From an uncultured Anaerolinea sp. (GTDB taxonomy: Bacteria; Chloroflexota; Anaerolineae; Anaerolineales; UBA4823), in assembly GCA_964531975.1 (NCBI GenBank), contig CAZHFU010000001.1, positions 11,051 to 75,050 on the forward strand: 64,000 nt of DNA. The letters are read 5' to 3'. The notes beneath the pieces were generated by a model. That model ran no database searches. It was not told the DNA's origin and saw nothing but the letters and a program-made list of their open reading frames with translations. Below are positions 44,037-53,909 of this stretch, one piece after another. Both the position numbers and the translations under genes were made by a program. Positions within the stretch are counted from its first letter, which is position 1; each line of letters opens with the position of its first letter.

Positions 44037-45307
44037 AGGCTAAGCTGCCGCAGCCCCACTTGCAGATTGGGTGTGCCGCCGGAACCGATTATCAGCCCAA
44101 ACAGACCGCCCGAGTAGGTGGGGTCATTAAACTGCGCCAGCAGTTGACCATTGGCCGACAGGCTGAGCATTGCTCCCTGGCCGGCGACCTGCATCACATT
44201 TTCTTGATTGGCCCCGGCTCGGATAGAGGGCGCGTTGGTCCAGTTATATAGGCCGGTGTAATTGCCATTATCCATGCGATAGATACGGAATTGTCCATCG
44301 CAATTGAAGGTGAATATATAGCCGCTATCGATGATGTTATCGGGCTGCGAAGGGGCGCGCGCCAGCAAGCCGTAGCTGTCGCGCCCGGCGCACTGCGCTC
44401 CGGTAACGAAGCGTGCTTCGAGAGCGAAGTTGGCGATATACGATCCTTCGGCCACGCGCCACATATCGCCGGTGGTGAAGGCGGTCATGATGAGCATGTT
44501 GTTGTTGACTTTATAGGAAACGCTGCTGTCGTCTCCTAGATAGAAGGGAGCTTTGTTATTGTTGAAGCTCCAGGTTTGGCTGGGCGGCCCCAGGGTGGAG
44601 GCGGAAACTGGTGTGGGGATGGAGGCGGGCGGATTGGCTGCGGTGGGGGCTGGCGCGCCTGGGCTGACTCTGATTTTCACCCAAAAGGCCACGGAGGCGT
44701 TTTGGCCCAGGGCGAAGTCGCCCCCGGCCGGGCTGCGCAGCATCCAAAAGCCTTGGTGTTCGCCGGCAGCCGCCGGGCTGGTTTGGGGCAGGTAAATTTG
44801 AAGGCTGCCGCCGGGGGGCGTGGTCTGCCCAATCGGCTGCGGGCTGGTTCCGCCCATTTGTTCGCCGCGGCTGAATACCAGGGCGTATTCGGGCGTCCAG
44901 GTGCATGTGCCGGCGTTTTGGATTGTCCAGGTCTTCATGAATGGGGTGTTAGGGGGGAAGGCGCTGCCATCCGGAACGGTTTCTCCCACAAACTTTGCCA
45001 GGTTGGTGCAGTTGGCGGGCTGCTGCACGGGGGCGGCGGGCGGCGCGGCGGGGGTTGCCTGGGCCAGCTGTGTGGCCGCGGGGCTGCCGGAGGTGGGGGC
45101 CGCCCCCGCAGTGGAGGCAATGGCCGTGCCGGTGGCCTGCCCGGCGGCTGCAACCGAGGTGACGATTGCCGCCTGGGTTTGCTCAACCATTATTTCTAAA
45201 TCGGGGGTGGGGCTGGTAGCTGCGGCCGGTAGATTGCATGCCCCTAAAAGTAAAACTGCCAACACCAGGAAAATTCGATGGAATTGCATAATAAACCTCC
45301 AATTCAT
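44021..45307 (-). CDS. lipoprotein with NBR1-FW-like domain plus C-terminal concanavalin/LamG-like (DUF1080-type) domain (paralogue 5)
   Basis: 428 aa. Lipobox LLGAC and an Ala/Pro linker are followed by CTNLAKFVGETVPDGSAFPPNTPFMKTWTIQNAGTCTW. The C-terminal ~190 aa follow a jelly-roll-like pattern (FALEARF...YGLLAR...GYIFTFNCDGQFRIYR...GLFGLI). Confidence 0.75.
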   Translation of the reverse strand: MNWRFIMQFHRIFLVLAVLLLGACNLPAAATSPTPDLEIMVEQTQAAIVTSVAAAGQATGTAIASTAGAAPTSGSPAATQLAQATPAAPPAAPVQQPANCTNLAKFVGETVPDGSAFPPNTPFMKTWTIQNAGTCTWTPEYALVFSRGEQMGGTSPQPIGQTTPPGGSLQIYLPQTSPAAAGEHQGFWMLRSPAGGDFALGQNASVAFWVKIRVSPGAPAPTAANPPASIPTPVSASTLGPPSQTWSFNNNKAPFYLGDDSSVSYKVNNNMLIMTAFTTGDMWRVAEGSYIANFALEARFVTGAQCAGRDSYGLLARAPSQPDNIIDSGYIFTFNCDGQFRIYRMDNGNYTGLYNWTNAPSIRAGANQENVMQVAGQGAMLSLSANGQLLAQFNDPTYSGGLFGLIIGSGGTPNLQVGLRQLSLWTLP

Positions 45308-45413
45308 CTATACTTTACCCTAGACTGGCTAGAAAGGCAAATAGTTCCCCGGCGGTGCGGGGTTCGCAACCGGCATAAGATGCGCAGGAGGATGAATGGC
45401 CGGAAAGTGAGGG

Positions 45414-46268
45414 TTAGCCGGCGCTCTTGCCCAACATCTGGTTGACGCTCTCCTCCATACTTATTTCCCCGGCTATCACGGCGCTTTGATAGCGCACCGC
45501 CCACTGGTAGAGCATCGAGTGGGCTTCCAGCAGCTCGATCAAGATCAGCCTGGCTAGCGGGCCGCCTTGGCCCATAAAACCGGATGTTTCAAAGTCGTGG
45601 GCGGCGGCTTGTAGATCGTAGTCTACGCGCGCGATCTGCGCCTGCCAGCGGCCGTCTTCTTGCCAAATTTGGGCATAAGATGGGCGGGTGTCAAGGTCGA
45701 ACGGCATACCGGCCGAGCCGGCGTTGACTACCAGCACGCCTTCGTGCCGGAGGATGAGGGGGCGATGGGTGTGGCCTGCCCCAAACACCGCCAGGCGATG
45801 CGGGGGGTTGCCATGTAAACCGATCAGCTGGTGCAGTTCGGATGGTTGGGTTTTAGGGTAGATGCCTTTTCGCAGCCCTAAAACCGACCCATGGTAGAAG
45901 CGCAGCAGCCGACCGTCGCTATCGGTTAGGGTTACCCTTTCGGGCAGGTCTTTAAGAGGGGCGATGTCGCCTAGTTGCTCATATGTCCAGTAAGAGGCGC
46001 GGTGCGCTTCAAGCGCCGGGCCGCTGTGGGCCGCGCCGGGCAGGTCGTGGGAGACGACGTAATCTTCATGGTTGCCGCGCAAAATGCGCCAGCCGTAGGC
46101 CGCCTGGCCCTCCAGGGCAAGTTCCAGGCATTGGCGCGGGCGCGTGCCGCGATTTACCAGGTCGCCCCCGATGATCACATGATCGGGTCGCCAGGCCTGC
46201 ATGTGCTCGAGGACGGCCTGAAAGGCGAACAGGTTGGCGTGGACATCGGTGATCAAGGCGATTTTCAT
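45414..46268 (-). CDS. metallophosphoesterase
   Basis: It has MKIALITDVHAN, GGDLVNRG and GNHED motifs. I trimmed the start to ATG 46268, which overlaps the upstream stop (ATGA). Confidence 0.85.
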   Translation of the reverse strand: MKIALITDVHANLFAFQAVLEHMQAWRPDHVIIGGDLVNRGTRPRQCLELALEGQAAYGWRILRGNHEDYVVSHDLPGAAHSGPALEAHRASYWTYEQLGDIAPLKDLPERVTLTDSDGRLLRFYHGSVLGLRKGIYPKTQPSELHQLIGLHGNPPHRLAVFGAGHTHRPLILRHEGVLVVNAGSAGMPFDLDTRPSYAQIWQEDGRWQAQIARVDYDLQAAAHDFETSGFMGQGGPLARLILIELLEAHSMLYQWAVRYQSAVIAGEISMEESVNQMLGKSAG

Positions 46269-47545
46269 GATGAGGCTCCGTCCGGCTCGGCCGGCGGCAG
46301 CGCCTCCACGGCGGCCTCCGACGCTAAACGCCGCCGCGACTGGAGATAAAAAGCTAAAAATAACAGGCTGCTCACCGAACCGACGATAAAACCGCCTTGC
46401 CAGGTTGCCAGGGGGCCGAATTGATCGCTCAGAATGCCGCCAAACAGCGGCCCCAGCCCACTGGCGAGCGGCCATGACAGCCCAAACAGGCCGATATAGC
46501 GGCCACGCTTATCGATGGGGGCCAGGTTGGCGGCGTAGGTGCTGGAGATGGGCGCTAAGATGAGTTCTCCCACCGTCATCACCACCATGGCGATCCAAAA
46601 ACCACTAAAACCTACCGCGCGGGCCACCAGGGCCATGGCGGCGGTGTAGAACAAGGCGCCAATCGTCATGGCGGCCAGGGGGTGGTAGCGACGGAAGAAC
46701 CAGGTGATGCCGGTTTGAAACAGCACCACCATGATGGCATTTGTCATAGGTATATAGGCGTACTGCCTTTCGGCTACCCCGTAAATGCGGTTGGCATGCA
46801 CCGGCATAACCGTCCAAATCAGGATGGCGGTGACGGTGATGGCGGCGAAGTTGAACACAAAGCGCATAAATTGCCAATCGCGCAAGATTTCCAGGTAGCC
46901 GCCAAATCGCTCTGGAGGCGCGGCCCGATTGGATTGAGATGTGGGCGCGGGGTGCGCCGGCATCGTTTCCAGGGCGAATATCGCCATCAATACGCCGTAC
47001 GCCGCCAATCCGATGGCTGCGCCGTAAAAGGCTAACGTATAGGATGTGGCCGCCATGGTTCCGCCAATCACCGGGCCGAGGCTGATGCCCAGGTTATTGC
47101 TCAGGCGCATCATAGAATAGCCCTGGACGCGATTTTTGGGTGGGATCATATCGGCCACCATGGTGTCGGCGGCGGTGCGGTAGAGCGGGTTGACAGCCCC
47201 GGTGATGGTTTGCAATAAAGCGAACTGCCACCAGGCGCCGGCATGGCCCATAACGGCGTAGGCGATTCCATTAATCACCAGGCTGAAGACCATAATCCCC
47301 TTGCGACCAACCCGGTCGATGACCGGGCCGCCCAACAAAGAAGCCACCAGCGACGACACGGCGCTGATGGTGAGTAAGCTGGCGGTGACAGTGAGGGGCG
47401 TGTTGAGCTTTTTGCTGATATAGATCATCAGGAACGGCCAAATCATGCTGGAGCCGATGGTGCTGATGAGCATGCCGGCAAACATGAGCCAGAATTGGCG
47501 CGGATAAATAGCGAAGATTTGTGACGCTCGATTGCGGAGAGACAT
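46265..47545 (-). CDS. MFS transporter
   Basis: 426 aa and polytopic, with the loop motif GGPVIDRVGRKG. Confidence 0.85.
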   Translation of the reverse strand: MSLRNRASQIFAIYPRQFWLMFAGMLISTIGSSMIWPFLMIYISKKLNTPLTVTASLLTISAVSSLVASLLGGPVIDRVGRKGIMVFSLVINGIAYAVMGHAGAWWQFALLQTITGAVNPLYRTAADTMVADMIPPKNRVQGYSMMRLSNNLGISLGPVIGGTMAATSYTLAFYGAAIGLAAYGVLMAIFALETMPAHPAPTSQSNRAAPPERFGGYLEILRDWQFMRFVFNFAAITVTAILIWTVMPVHANRIYGVAERQYAYIPMTNAIMVVLFQTGITWFFRRYHPLAAMTIGALFYTAAMALVARAVGFSGFWIAMVVMTVGELILAPISSTYAANLAPIDKRGRYIGLFGLSWPLASGLGPLFGGILSDQFGPLATWQGGFIVGSVSSLLFLAFYLQSRRRLASEAAVEALPPAEPDGASS

Positions 47546-47706
47546 AAGTTCACTCTGCTGCGGTGGATTGATGCGGTTAGATAACGAATCGCAACCGCTT
47601 ATTATACCAGCCTAAAACCTTTGGCTTGGCAGGCGGTGAGGCGGGAAAATGCGGCGAAATTGGAGAGAGGCGCGCCAGGGTGGTAGGGCGCTAACCGCGT
47701 AAAGCG

Positions 47707-47740
47707 CCCCACCTCCAGCGAGCAATCGTCGGAGGTGGGG
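47707..47740 (-). terminator. GC-rich hairpin just after the ABC exporter stop (possible terminator, no clear U-tract)
   Basis: 10-bp perfect stem: CCCCACCTCC (47707-47716) pairs with GGAGGTGGGG (47731-47740). It begins 23 nt downstream of the stop at 47763. Confidence 0.35.
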
Positions 47741-47762
47741 CGGGAAAGGATGGGGCCTGGCG

Positions 47763-49583
47763 CTACGCGGCGGCGGCGCCGGTGAGCTTATCCAGCAGGT
47801 ATTCTTCACCGCGTTGGCGGCGGAACTGCTGGGTGTATAGATTGTAGTAGTGGCCGCGCAGCCGCAGCAGTTCGGCATGTGTGCCCATTTCGGCGATGCG
47901 CCCGTTCTCGATCACGACGATGCGGTCGGCGCGGCGGATGGTGCTGAGGCGGTGGGCGATGACAAAGCTGGTGCGCCCCTGCATCAGGTGTTCCATCCCT
48001 TTTTGGATGAGCGCTTCGGTGAGCGTATCGACCGAGCTGGTGGCCTCATCCATGATGAAGATTTCGGGTTGGGCCAGCACGGCGCGCGCCAGGCTGATGA
48101 GCTGCTTTTGCCCGGTGCTGAGCAAATTGCCGCCTTCGCCCACTTCGGCGTCGTACCCCTTATCGAGTTCGCTGATGAAGGTGTGCGCCCCGGCAAGTTG
48201 CGCGGCCTGCTCCACTTCTGCGTCGGTGGCGTTCAACCGTCCGTAGCGAATGTTCTGGCGGATGTTGCCGGAGAACAGGTGCGGGGTTTGCAGCACGATG
48301 CCCACCCGCGATTGGATGGCGTGTTGGGTGAAATGGGTGTAGTCTTTCCCACCAATGCGCACCTGGCCGTGTTTAGGTTCATAGAAACGACACAGCAGGT
48401 TTACGATGGTGGATTTTCCGCCACCGGTGGGGCCGACCAGGGCGATGGTCTCGCCCTGGCGCACGGTCAGGTTGAAGTCTTCCAACACCGGTTTGCCTTC
48501 TTCATAATAGAAGGTGACGTGATCGAATTCGATATCGCCCGCCAACGTGCCGGGGTCAATGGCATCGGGGGCGTCGCGCACTTCGGGAACGGCGTCGATG
48601 AGTGAGAACATGCGCTCGGCGGAGGCGATGGACTGCTGCATTTCGGCGTAAACCCGGGCCACATCCTGAATCGGCCACATCATGAAGGTAATATATGATA
48701 TGAACGCCTGGATGCCGCCGATGGTGATAAATCCCAGGTTGGCTTGTAAGCCCCCGAACCACACCACCGCGCCTAAAGCCAGCGAACTGATGATTTGCAC
48801 CGCCGGCAAGAACAGCGCCGATAGCCAGGCGGCGCGATAGGAGGCGCGGTACATTTCGTGGCTCAGGTTTCCAAATTCCTCCAGGTTCTTATCTTCACGC
48901 CCCAGGGCTTTAATCACCCGCACACCGGTGATGTTCTCGTTATACGCGCCGGTGATTTTTGAGTTGACTTTGCGCACCTGCCGGAACTCGCTCAGGATGC
49001 GTTTGCGAAACTCCACCGCCACGCGCAGGATGATGGGGATGATAACCATTACCGCCAGGCCAAGCTTCCAGTTGATGCGAATCATGAAGTAGGCTGAGGT
49101 GAGGATGTTGGTTACCGCCCAGCTTACATCTAGCAGCCCCCAGGTCACCAGGTCGGAGACGCGCTCCGTATCCGAGGTGACGCGCGACATGATCCACCCG
49201 ACCGGGGTGCGGCTGTAATAAGACAGCGATAGGTCTTGCAGGTTGTTGAATAGCTTTTTGCGCAGATCGTAACGCAGCCTTTCGCCCAACACTGCTACGA
49301 GGTAGATAAAACCGAACACCAGCACAGCTTGAAGGAGCAGCATTGCCCCGTAGATGGTGGCGATGTGCACCAAAGCAGACTTATCGCGCGCGATGATGCC
49401 TTCGTCAATCATGCGCTTGCTTAGGAAGGTGAAATAGCCATCGAGAAATGAGACAATGGCGATGGTGACCAGGAAGGCGGCAACCTGCTTCCAGTAAGGA
49501 GCGGTTTGGGCGATGATCCGCCGCACGGTCTTGCCGCTGAACTGGGTTGTAAATTCTTCTTCTTCAAAGTAGTTGTCAGTCAT
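47763..49583 (-). CDS. ABC exporter half-transporter (TMD-NBD), consensus Walker B, degenerate signature
   Basis: 606 aa. Walker A is GPTGGGKST. The signature is LSTGQKQL (degenerate). Walker B is IFIMDEATSSVD, with the catalytic Glu present. Confidence 0.9.
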   Translation of the reverse strand: MTDNYFEEEEFTTQFSGKTVRRIIAQTAPYWKQVAAFLVTIAIVSFLDGYFTFLSKRMIDEGIIARDKSALVHIATIYGAMLLLQAVLVFGFIYLVAVLGERLRYDLRKKLFNNLQDLSLSYYSRTPVGWIMSRVTSDTERVSDLVTWGLLDVSWAVTNILTSAYFMIRINWKLGLAVMVIIPIILRVAVEFRKRILSEFRQVRKVNSKITGAYNENITGVRVIKALGREDKNLEEFGNLSHEMYRASYRAAWLSALFLPAVQIISSLALGAVVWFGGLQANLGFITIGGIQAFISYITFMMWPIQDVARVYAEMQQSIASAERMFSLIDAVPEVRDAPDAIDPGTLAGDIEFDHVTFYYEEGKPVLEDFNLTVRQGETIALVGPTGGGKSTIVNLLCRFYEPKHGQVRIGGKDYTHFTQHAIQSRVGIVLQTPHLFSGNIRQNIRYGRLNATDAEVEQAAQLAGAHTFISELDKGYDAEVGEGGNLLSTGQKQLISLARAVLAQPEIFIMDEATSSVDTLTEALIQKGMEHLMQGRTSFVIAHRLSTIRRADRIVVIENGRIAEMGTHAELLRLRGHYYNLYTQQFRRQRGEEYLLDKLTGAAAA

Positions 49584-49592
49584 AAACGCCTC

Positions 49593-51455
49593 TTAATCTT
49601 CCAGCGCCACGTTTTCTAAAGCGCCGGCGAGGGATGCTGCGGTGGGTGCGGCTCCCCCAAGTTCTTGTTCCAGCTCGGTTTCGATGCGCATCTGGATATC
49701 GTAGATGCGGCGGTAGATGCCGGTTTGGTCGGCCAGTAAGTCTTCGTGCCGGCCCATCTGTACCACCTGGCCTTGATCTAACACCAGGATCAGATCGGCG
49801 TTCATGACGCTTTGGATGCGATGGGCGATGATGAAGGTGGTGCGATCTTGCATCAGGTTTTGCAGCGCCGAGCGAATCTCGGCCTCGGTCTCCGTGTCTA
49901 CCGACGAGGTGGAATCGTCGAGGATGAGAATGCGAGGGTTCTTAAGCAGGGTGCGGGCGATTGCCACGCGCTGCTTTTGCCCGCCTGAGAGGGTGACGCC
50001 TTTTTCGCCCACCATGGTGCGGTAGCCTTCGGGGAAGCCGGCGATGACATCGTGAATGGCGGCTGCTTTAGCGGCGGTTTCCACTTCTTCGTCTGAAACC
50101 TGGCGGCCAACGCCGTAGGTAATGTTTTCACGAATGGAGCGCGAGAACAGAAACGGTTCTTGTTCCACAATGCCCATGTGGCGGCGCAGATAGCGGCGCG
50201 GGTATCGCTTTAGCTCGACGCCATCCAGGGTGATGCGCCCGGAGGTGTATTCGTGAAAGCGCGGCAGCAGATTCACCAGGCTGGTCTTGCCGGATCCGGT
50301 AGAGCCGAGCAGAGCGATGGCCTGTCCGGGGGCGCAGGTGAACGAGATGTCGTGCAAAACCGCACATTCATCGTCGGTGTAAACAAAGCTCATATCTTCA
50401 AAGGTGATTGCGCCTTGGGGAGCGCCTTCCGGCAGGTAATCGCCGTCGTCGAGAGGTTCGCGGTCTTCACGAATGATAGCGACCACCCGCCCGAAAGACA
50501 CCATGCCGGTGGAAGTTTGCACGATGAGACGGCCCAGGTTGCGCAACGGCCAGATCAGCCACACCACCAGGCCAATATAGGCCAGGTAGGTTCCTGGGGT
50601 GATGATGCCATCGATAGCCATGAGCGCGCCGGTGATGTATCCGCCGAGCAGCTGCGCCCCGCAAATGATGTCGGAGGCCGGCCAAAACAGCGCATGCATG
50701 AGCATCAATTTGCGCCCCCGCCCCAGCTTCTCGAAGTTTTCTTTCTCGAACTTATCGCGCTCATATTCCTGGCGAGCAAAGGCTTTGACCACGCGCACCC
50801 CGGCCAGGTTCTCTTGCAGGGTGGTGGAAAGGACGGCTTCTTGTTCCTGGTAGGCTTCGTACACCTTGGTGAGCTTGCGGAAGAAGAAGATGGATGTGAC
50901 GAAGATGAACGGCACGGCAATTACCGAAATTAACCCCAGGCGCACGTTCAGGCTGAGCAGGGCGACAAAGTTGATAATGAACAGTAGCAAGATGCGGCCG
51001 ATGCCAATGGCCTGTTCGGCGTAGAAGCGGCGCAGCGCGTCGACATCGGAGGTGACGCGTTCGATCATCTCGCCCGTTTTCGCTTTTGAATGGTAGGCGA
51101 AGCTGAGGCGCTGAATATGATCGAACAAGTAATTGCGCAAGCGGCGGGTGACGCCTTCGGCAGTGAAAGCCGCCATGCGCCCGGCCAGGAAGGTGAAGGC
51201 GCCTTCGGCGGCGGCGAAACCCATAAAGCCCAGGGCAACCAACGGTAAAAGGTTGTTGGAGGCCGGCTTGCCCAATACATTATCGATGAAGTAACGCAGC
51301 AGCAGAAAGGTGAGCGTTTTAAGCAGGGCCGCCATGGCCTGGCCGCCGTTGGCCGCCAGGTAAGCGCCTCGGTAACCGGCGGTCATTCGCCACATACCTT
51401 GGAGGCGGTTGTTGGACACAATCGACTTTAGATCGAAATTTGCATGCTGATCCAT
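49593..51455 (-). CDS. ABC exporter half-transporter (TMD-NBD), consensus signature, Walker B lacking the catalytic Glu
   Basis: Walker A is GSTGSGKTS. The signature is LSGGQKQR. Walker B is ILILDDSTSSVD, with Asp in place of the catalytic Glu. Start ATG 51455 has GGAG 6 nt upstream; the track uses TTG 51473. Confidence 0.9.
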   Translation of the reverse strand: MDQHANFDLKSIVSNNRLQGMWRMTAGYRGAYLAANGGQAMAALLKTLTFLLLRYFIDNVLGKPASNNLLPLVALGFMGFAAAEGAFTFLAGRMAAFTAEGVTRRLRNYLFDHIQRLSFAYHSKAKTGEMIERVTSDVDALRRFYAEQAIGIGRILLLFIINFVALLSLNVRLGLISVIAVPFIFVTSIFFFRKLTKVYEAYQEQEAVLSTTLQENLAGVRVVKAFARQEYERDKFEKENFEKLGRGRKLMLMHALFWPASDIICGAQLLGGYITGALMAIDGIITPGTYLAYIGLVVWLIWPLRNLGRLIVQTSTGMVSFGRVVAIIREDREPLDDGDYLPEGAPQGAITFEDMSFVYTDDECAVLHDISFTCAPGQAIALLGSTGSGKTSLVNLLPRFHEYTSGRITLDGVELKRYPRRYLRRHMGIVEQEPFLFSRSIRENITYGVGRQVSDEEVETAAKAAAIHDVIAGFPEGYRTMVGEKGVTLSGGQKQRVAIARTLLKNPRILILDDSTSSVDTETEAEIRSALQNLMQDRTTFIIAHRIQSVMNADLILVLDQGQVVQMGRHEDLLADQTGIYRRIYDIQMRIETELEQELGGAAPTAASLAGALENVALED

Positions 51456-51500
51456 AAAAAGCTCCGTACTCAAATAGTGAACAGGTTAGGAAAGGGCCAA

Positions 51501-51541
51501 TAAAACAAAAAACCACGGGCTTGTAATGCAGCCCGTGGTTT
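51501..51541 (-). terminator. Rho-independent terminator-like hairpin in the 329-nt spacer upstream of the ABC exporter
   Basis: 8-bp stem: CCACGGGC (51513-51520) pairs with GCCCGTGG (51531-51538). On the minus strand it is followed by TTTTTTTGTTTT. It lies ~260 nt after the stop of the upstream gene (51803) and ~50 nt before the exporter start. Confidence 0.6.
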
Positions 51542-51802
51542 GGAAAGACGATAGGGGTGAGTCTACCGGGCAACAGGCGCAATACGATAAGGCAGCACAG
51601 CGTTCCCGCTATCGACGATAACAGGGGCATATGCGATGTGGCTGGTGAATAATTTGGTCATTGCGCCGTTCTCCTCTCTAAAGATTGCTGCTGCGGAAGG
51701 CAACCCAATAATGTTACCACAGGAATGATTCGGGTGTCAAGGCCATTTGCGTTTGGAAAATTTGGCCGGAGGAATGGCGTTTCTGAATCGATTTTGACCG
51801 GG

Positions 51803-52789
51803 TTAGTTTTTCTTTGGAAATAGTTCCTTTAGCCCAATTCCCATTTTCATCGTCCCCCAGATGCCGAACAGGTTTACAAACACCATTTCGATCACATTCA
51901 TTACCAGGCTGTAGGAAGTCAGCAAGTTACGGTCGTAACCAAGCAAGGTTAATGGGAGCGCCACCGAAATCTGGTACATGCCGGGGAGGCTGGAGGCTGA
52001 GGGGGGGGCCAGGGCCAGTGAGCCGAGCGAGATGGCTAGAATATCGGAACGGGCCAGGCCTGGCATAATCGCTAATAAGGCCAGGTAATGAAAACCCCAG
52101 AAGCACGCCCAGCACAGCACCGAGCTAAACAAGCCTTCGGCCATGCGCCAGGGGCTGGAGAGGGCGGCAAAGCCTTCAATCAGATGGGCCAGGCCAATGC
52201 GGGCGCGCACTTGTGTCAGGCGGGGCAGGCGCGCTAACAGGGGGGGCAGCTTCTTCAAAAGCCAGGTTTGGTTATGGTTTGCCCATATCATAAAAAGATA
52301 AGCCCCGGCCAACGCAGCCACAATCACGCCCATGGAAAGATGCGATACCGGCAGCCCCGATCCAAATAAGACCCCCGCCACGAAGGCAGTTACACGCATG
52401 ACTTGCTCGTACCAACGCTCCACTACCAGGCTGGAGGCGATTTGCATGCCAGATAACCCATTGTGGCCGCGCAGGATAAAGGCGCGCAGGGGGTCGCCGG
52501 GGCGCAGCGGCAGCAGGGTGTTGACCATATTGCCGATGTTATTGGTGTGAAAGGCGGGGAGCATATCGGCCTGGCCTTGCAGCAAGATGCGCCAGCGCCA
52601 GGCCAGGCCAATATAGCCGGCGATTAGTAAGGCGGCGGATACGCCCAGGGTGAGCCAATTGGCGCGGCGCAGCAGTTGCCACACCTGACGCCAATCGATA
52701 AACCAGGCTAAGCCTGCCAACAGGAGAAGGAAAAATATAACAGACGCCAGGTAACGGGCGCGTCCTTGCGCTAACCTGTGCAACCACAT
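51803..52789 (-). CDS. LPG-synthase-TM-like (flippase-like, UPF0104) membrane protein
   Basis: 328 aa with ~8 TM segments. The N-terminal pattern WxxVWxxLRRANW and the conserved RWRILL segment are typical of this family, recalled from memory. Confidence 0.65.
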   Translation of the reverse strand: MWLHRLAQGRARYLASVIFFLLLLAGLAWFIDWRQVWQLLRRANWLTLGVSAALLIAGYIGLAWRWRILLQGQADMLPAFHTNNIGNMVNTLLPLRPGDPLRAFILRGHNGLSGMQIASSLVVERWYEQVMRVTAFVAGVLFGSGLPVSHLSMGVIVAALAGAYLFMIWANHNQTWLLKKLPPLLARLPRLTQVRARIGLAHLIEGFAALSSPWRMAEGLFSSVLCWACFWGFHYLALLAIMPGLARSDILAISLGSLALAPPSASSLPGMYQISVALPLTLLGYDRNLLTSYSLVMNVIEMVFVNLFGIWGTMKMGIGLKELFPKKN

Positions 52790-52827
52790 GGCTGTATGCT
52801 AGTTGAATTATGGGCGTTCGTCAATAT

Positions 52828-53901
52828 TTAGGAGGTGGATTGATTGAATCTCCATACACGAATTAACGGGATGACGGCTGCCAGGGCCACAATGACCCCC
52901 GCCGCCATAGATAAGCCGCCCAAGATGGCAGTGGGTGGGGCCACCACGCTCGCCAGCGCCAGGCCGCCGCCCAACACAAACAGCAGCACTCCCACCGCCA
53001 GGATGATGAGCGCCGAGCGCTGAGCCGCCTGCATCGACGCCCGGCGTACGCCAGTGATGCGGCCACTTTTCCCATCGATCCACACTGGTTGACGGCGCTG
53101 GTCGTCATCGATGTAATAGCTGGTATAGACGGGCTGCAAGAGCAGCGTCCAGTTAAGGTTGGAGAAAGCCGGCGACCATGCAAAAGCGCGGATTTGATCG
53201 GCCTGGCAGGCCAGGCGGCATTCATCGGCGGCGGTTTGCTGCAAAGACGGCTGGACATCGGGCCAGGCGTCGGCGGAAGGGCGGTCGGGCAGACGCACCA
53301 TCGCCTGGAGGGGCTGGCGCGGATGGTAGGGCTGCGCCTGGCTGGGGGCCGGCGGGCCGAGCAGAGGGGCCAGGCGAGCGTGGTCTTCGAGCGCGGGGGC
53401 GGGCCGGTTGGGGTAGCTGCGGGAAAGATTGCCCAAGCGCGGTTCCCAGCGGGTGCGCTGTTCTTCCACCTGGCGGGTGCGCCAACCGCCGCCGTCAAAG
53501 CGTTCCTGGTGGCTCACCACTTGATAGTAAAAACCGGCTTCAGCTTTCCATTCGGCGGTCGCCCAGACATCCACCAGCCACACCGGCAGGTAAAGCGCCT
53601 GCAGCCGGGCCTGGAGGGTGTGGGGGTTGAGATCGGCCGGGGGATAGGGCAGCCCATTGGTAAATGCTTGAACCTGGCTTGCCGCCACGCCGGGGGCCAC
53701 CTGGAAAGGCTGCACTAACTCGGGGGCAGCCAGGAGGGGGATGCTTTCGATTTCCGCCGGTTGGAGGGCGGGGGCGTGGCAGCGCGGGCAGTCTACCGGC
53801 GGAGCGTCTTCTTGCGGGCGAATAAAGCGGGCGTCGCAGTGTTGGCACAGGTAGGTTTGGGGGGTAAACCCCCAGGCAGCGGCAGCGGTTTGGGCGTCCA
53901 T
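52828..53901 (-). CDS. zinc-ribbon protein with C-terminal TM anchors (paralogue of the next gene)
   Basis: 357 aa. It has an N-terminal CQHC...CPRC ribbon. It shares blocks with the neighbour: LYLPVWLVD...WKAEAG and LLLQPVYTSYYIDD...VWIDGKSGRITG. Two C-terminal hydrophobic helices follow. Confidence 0.6.
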   Translation of the reverse strand: MDAQTAAAAWGFTPQTYLCQHCDARFIRPQEDAPPVDCPRCHAPALQPAEIESIPLLAAPELVQPFQVAPGVAASQVQAFTNGLPYPPADLNPHTLQARLQALYLPVWLVDVWATAEWKAEAGFYYQVVSHQERFDGGGWRTRQVEEQRTRWEPRLGNLSRSYPNRPAPALEDHARLAPLLGPPAPSQAQPYHPRQPLQAMVRLPDRPSADAWPDVQPSLQQTAADECRLACQADQIRAFAWSPAFSNLNWTLLLQPVYTSYYIDDDQRRQPVWIDGKSGRITGVRRASMQAAQRSALIILAVGVLLFVLGGGLALASVVAPPTAILGGLSMAAGVIVALAAVIPLIRVWRFNQSTS

Positions 53902-53909
53902 GGTATGTC

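Noticed and set aside
51319-51630. 103-aa minus-strand ORF that starts in the exporter leader and reads through the hairpin, considered as a leader peptide.
   Set aside because: There is no Shine-Dalgarno sequence upstream of its ATG. It runs ~135 nt out of frame into the ABC gene and its composition is unremarkable. The evidence is insufficient to call a leader peptide.
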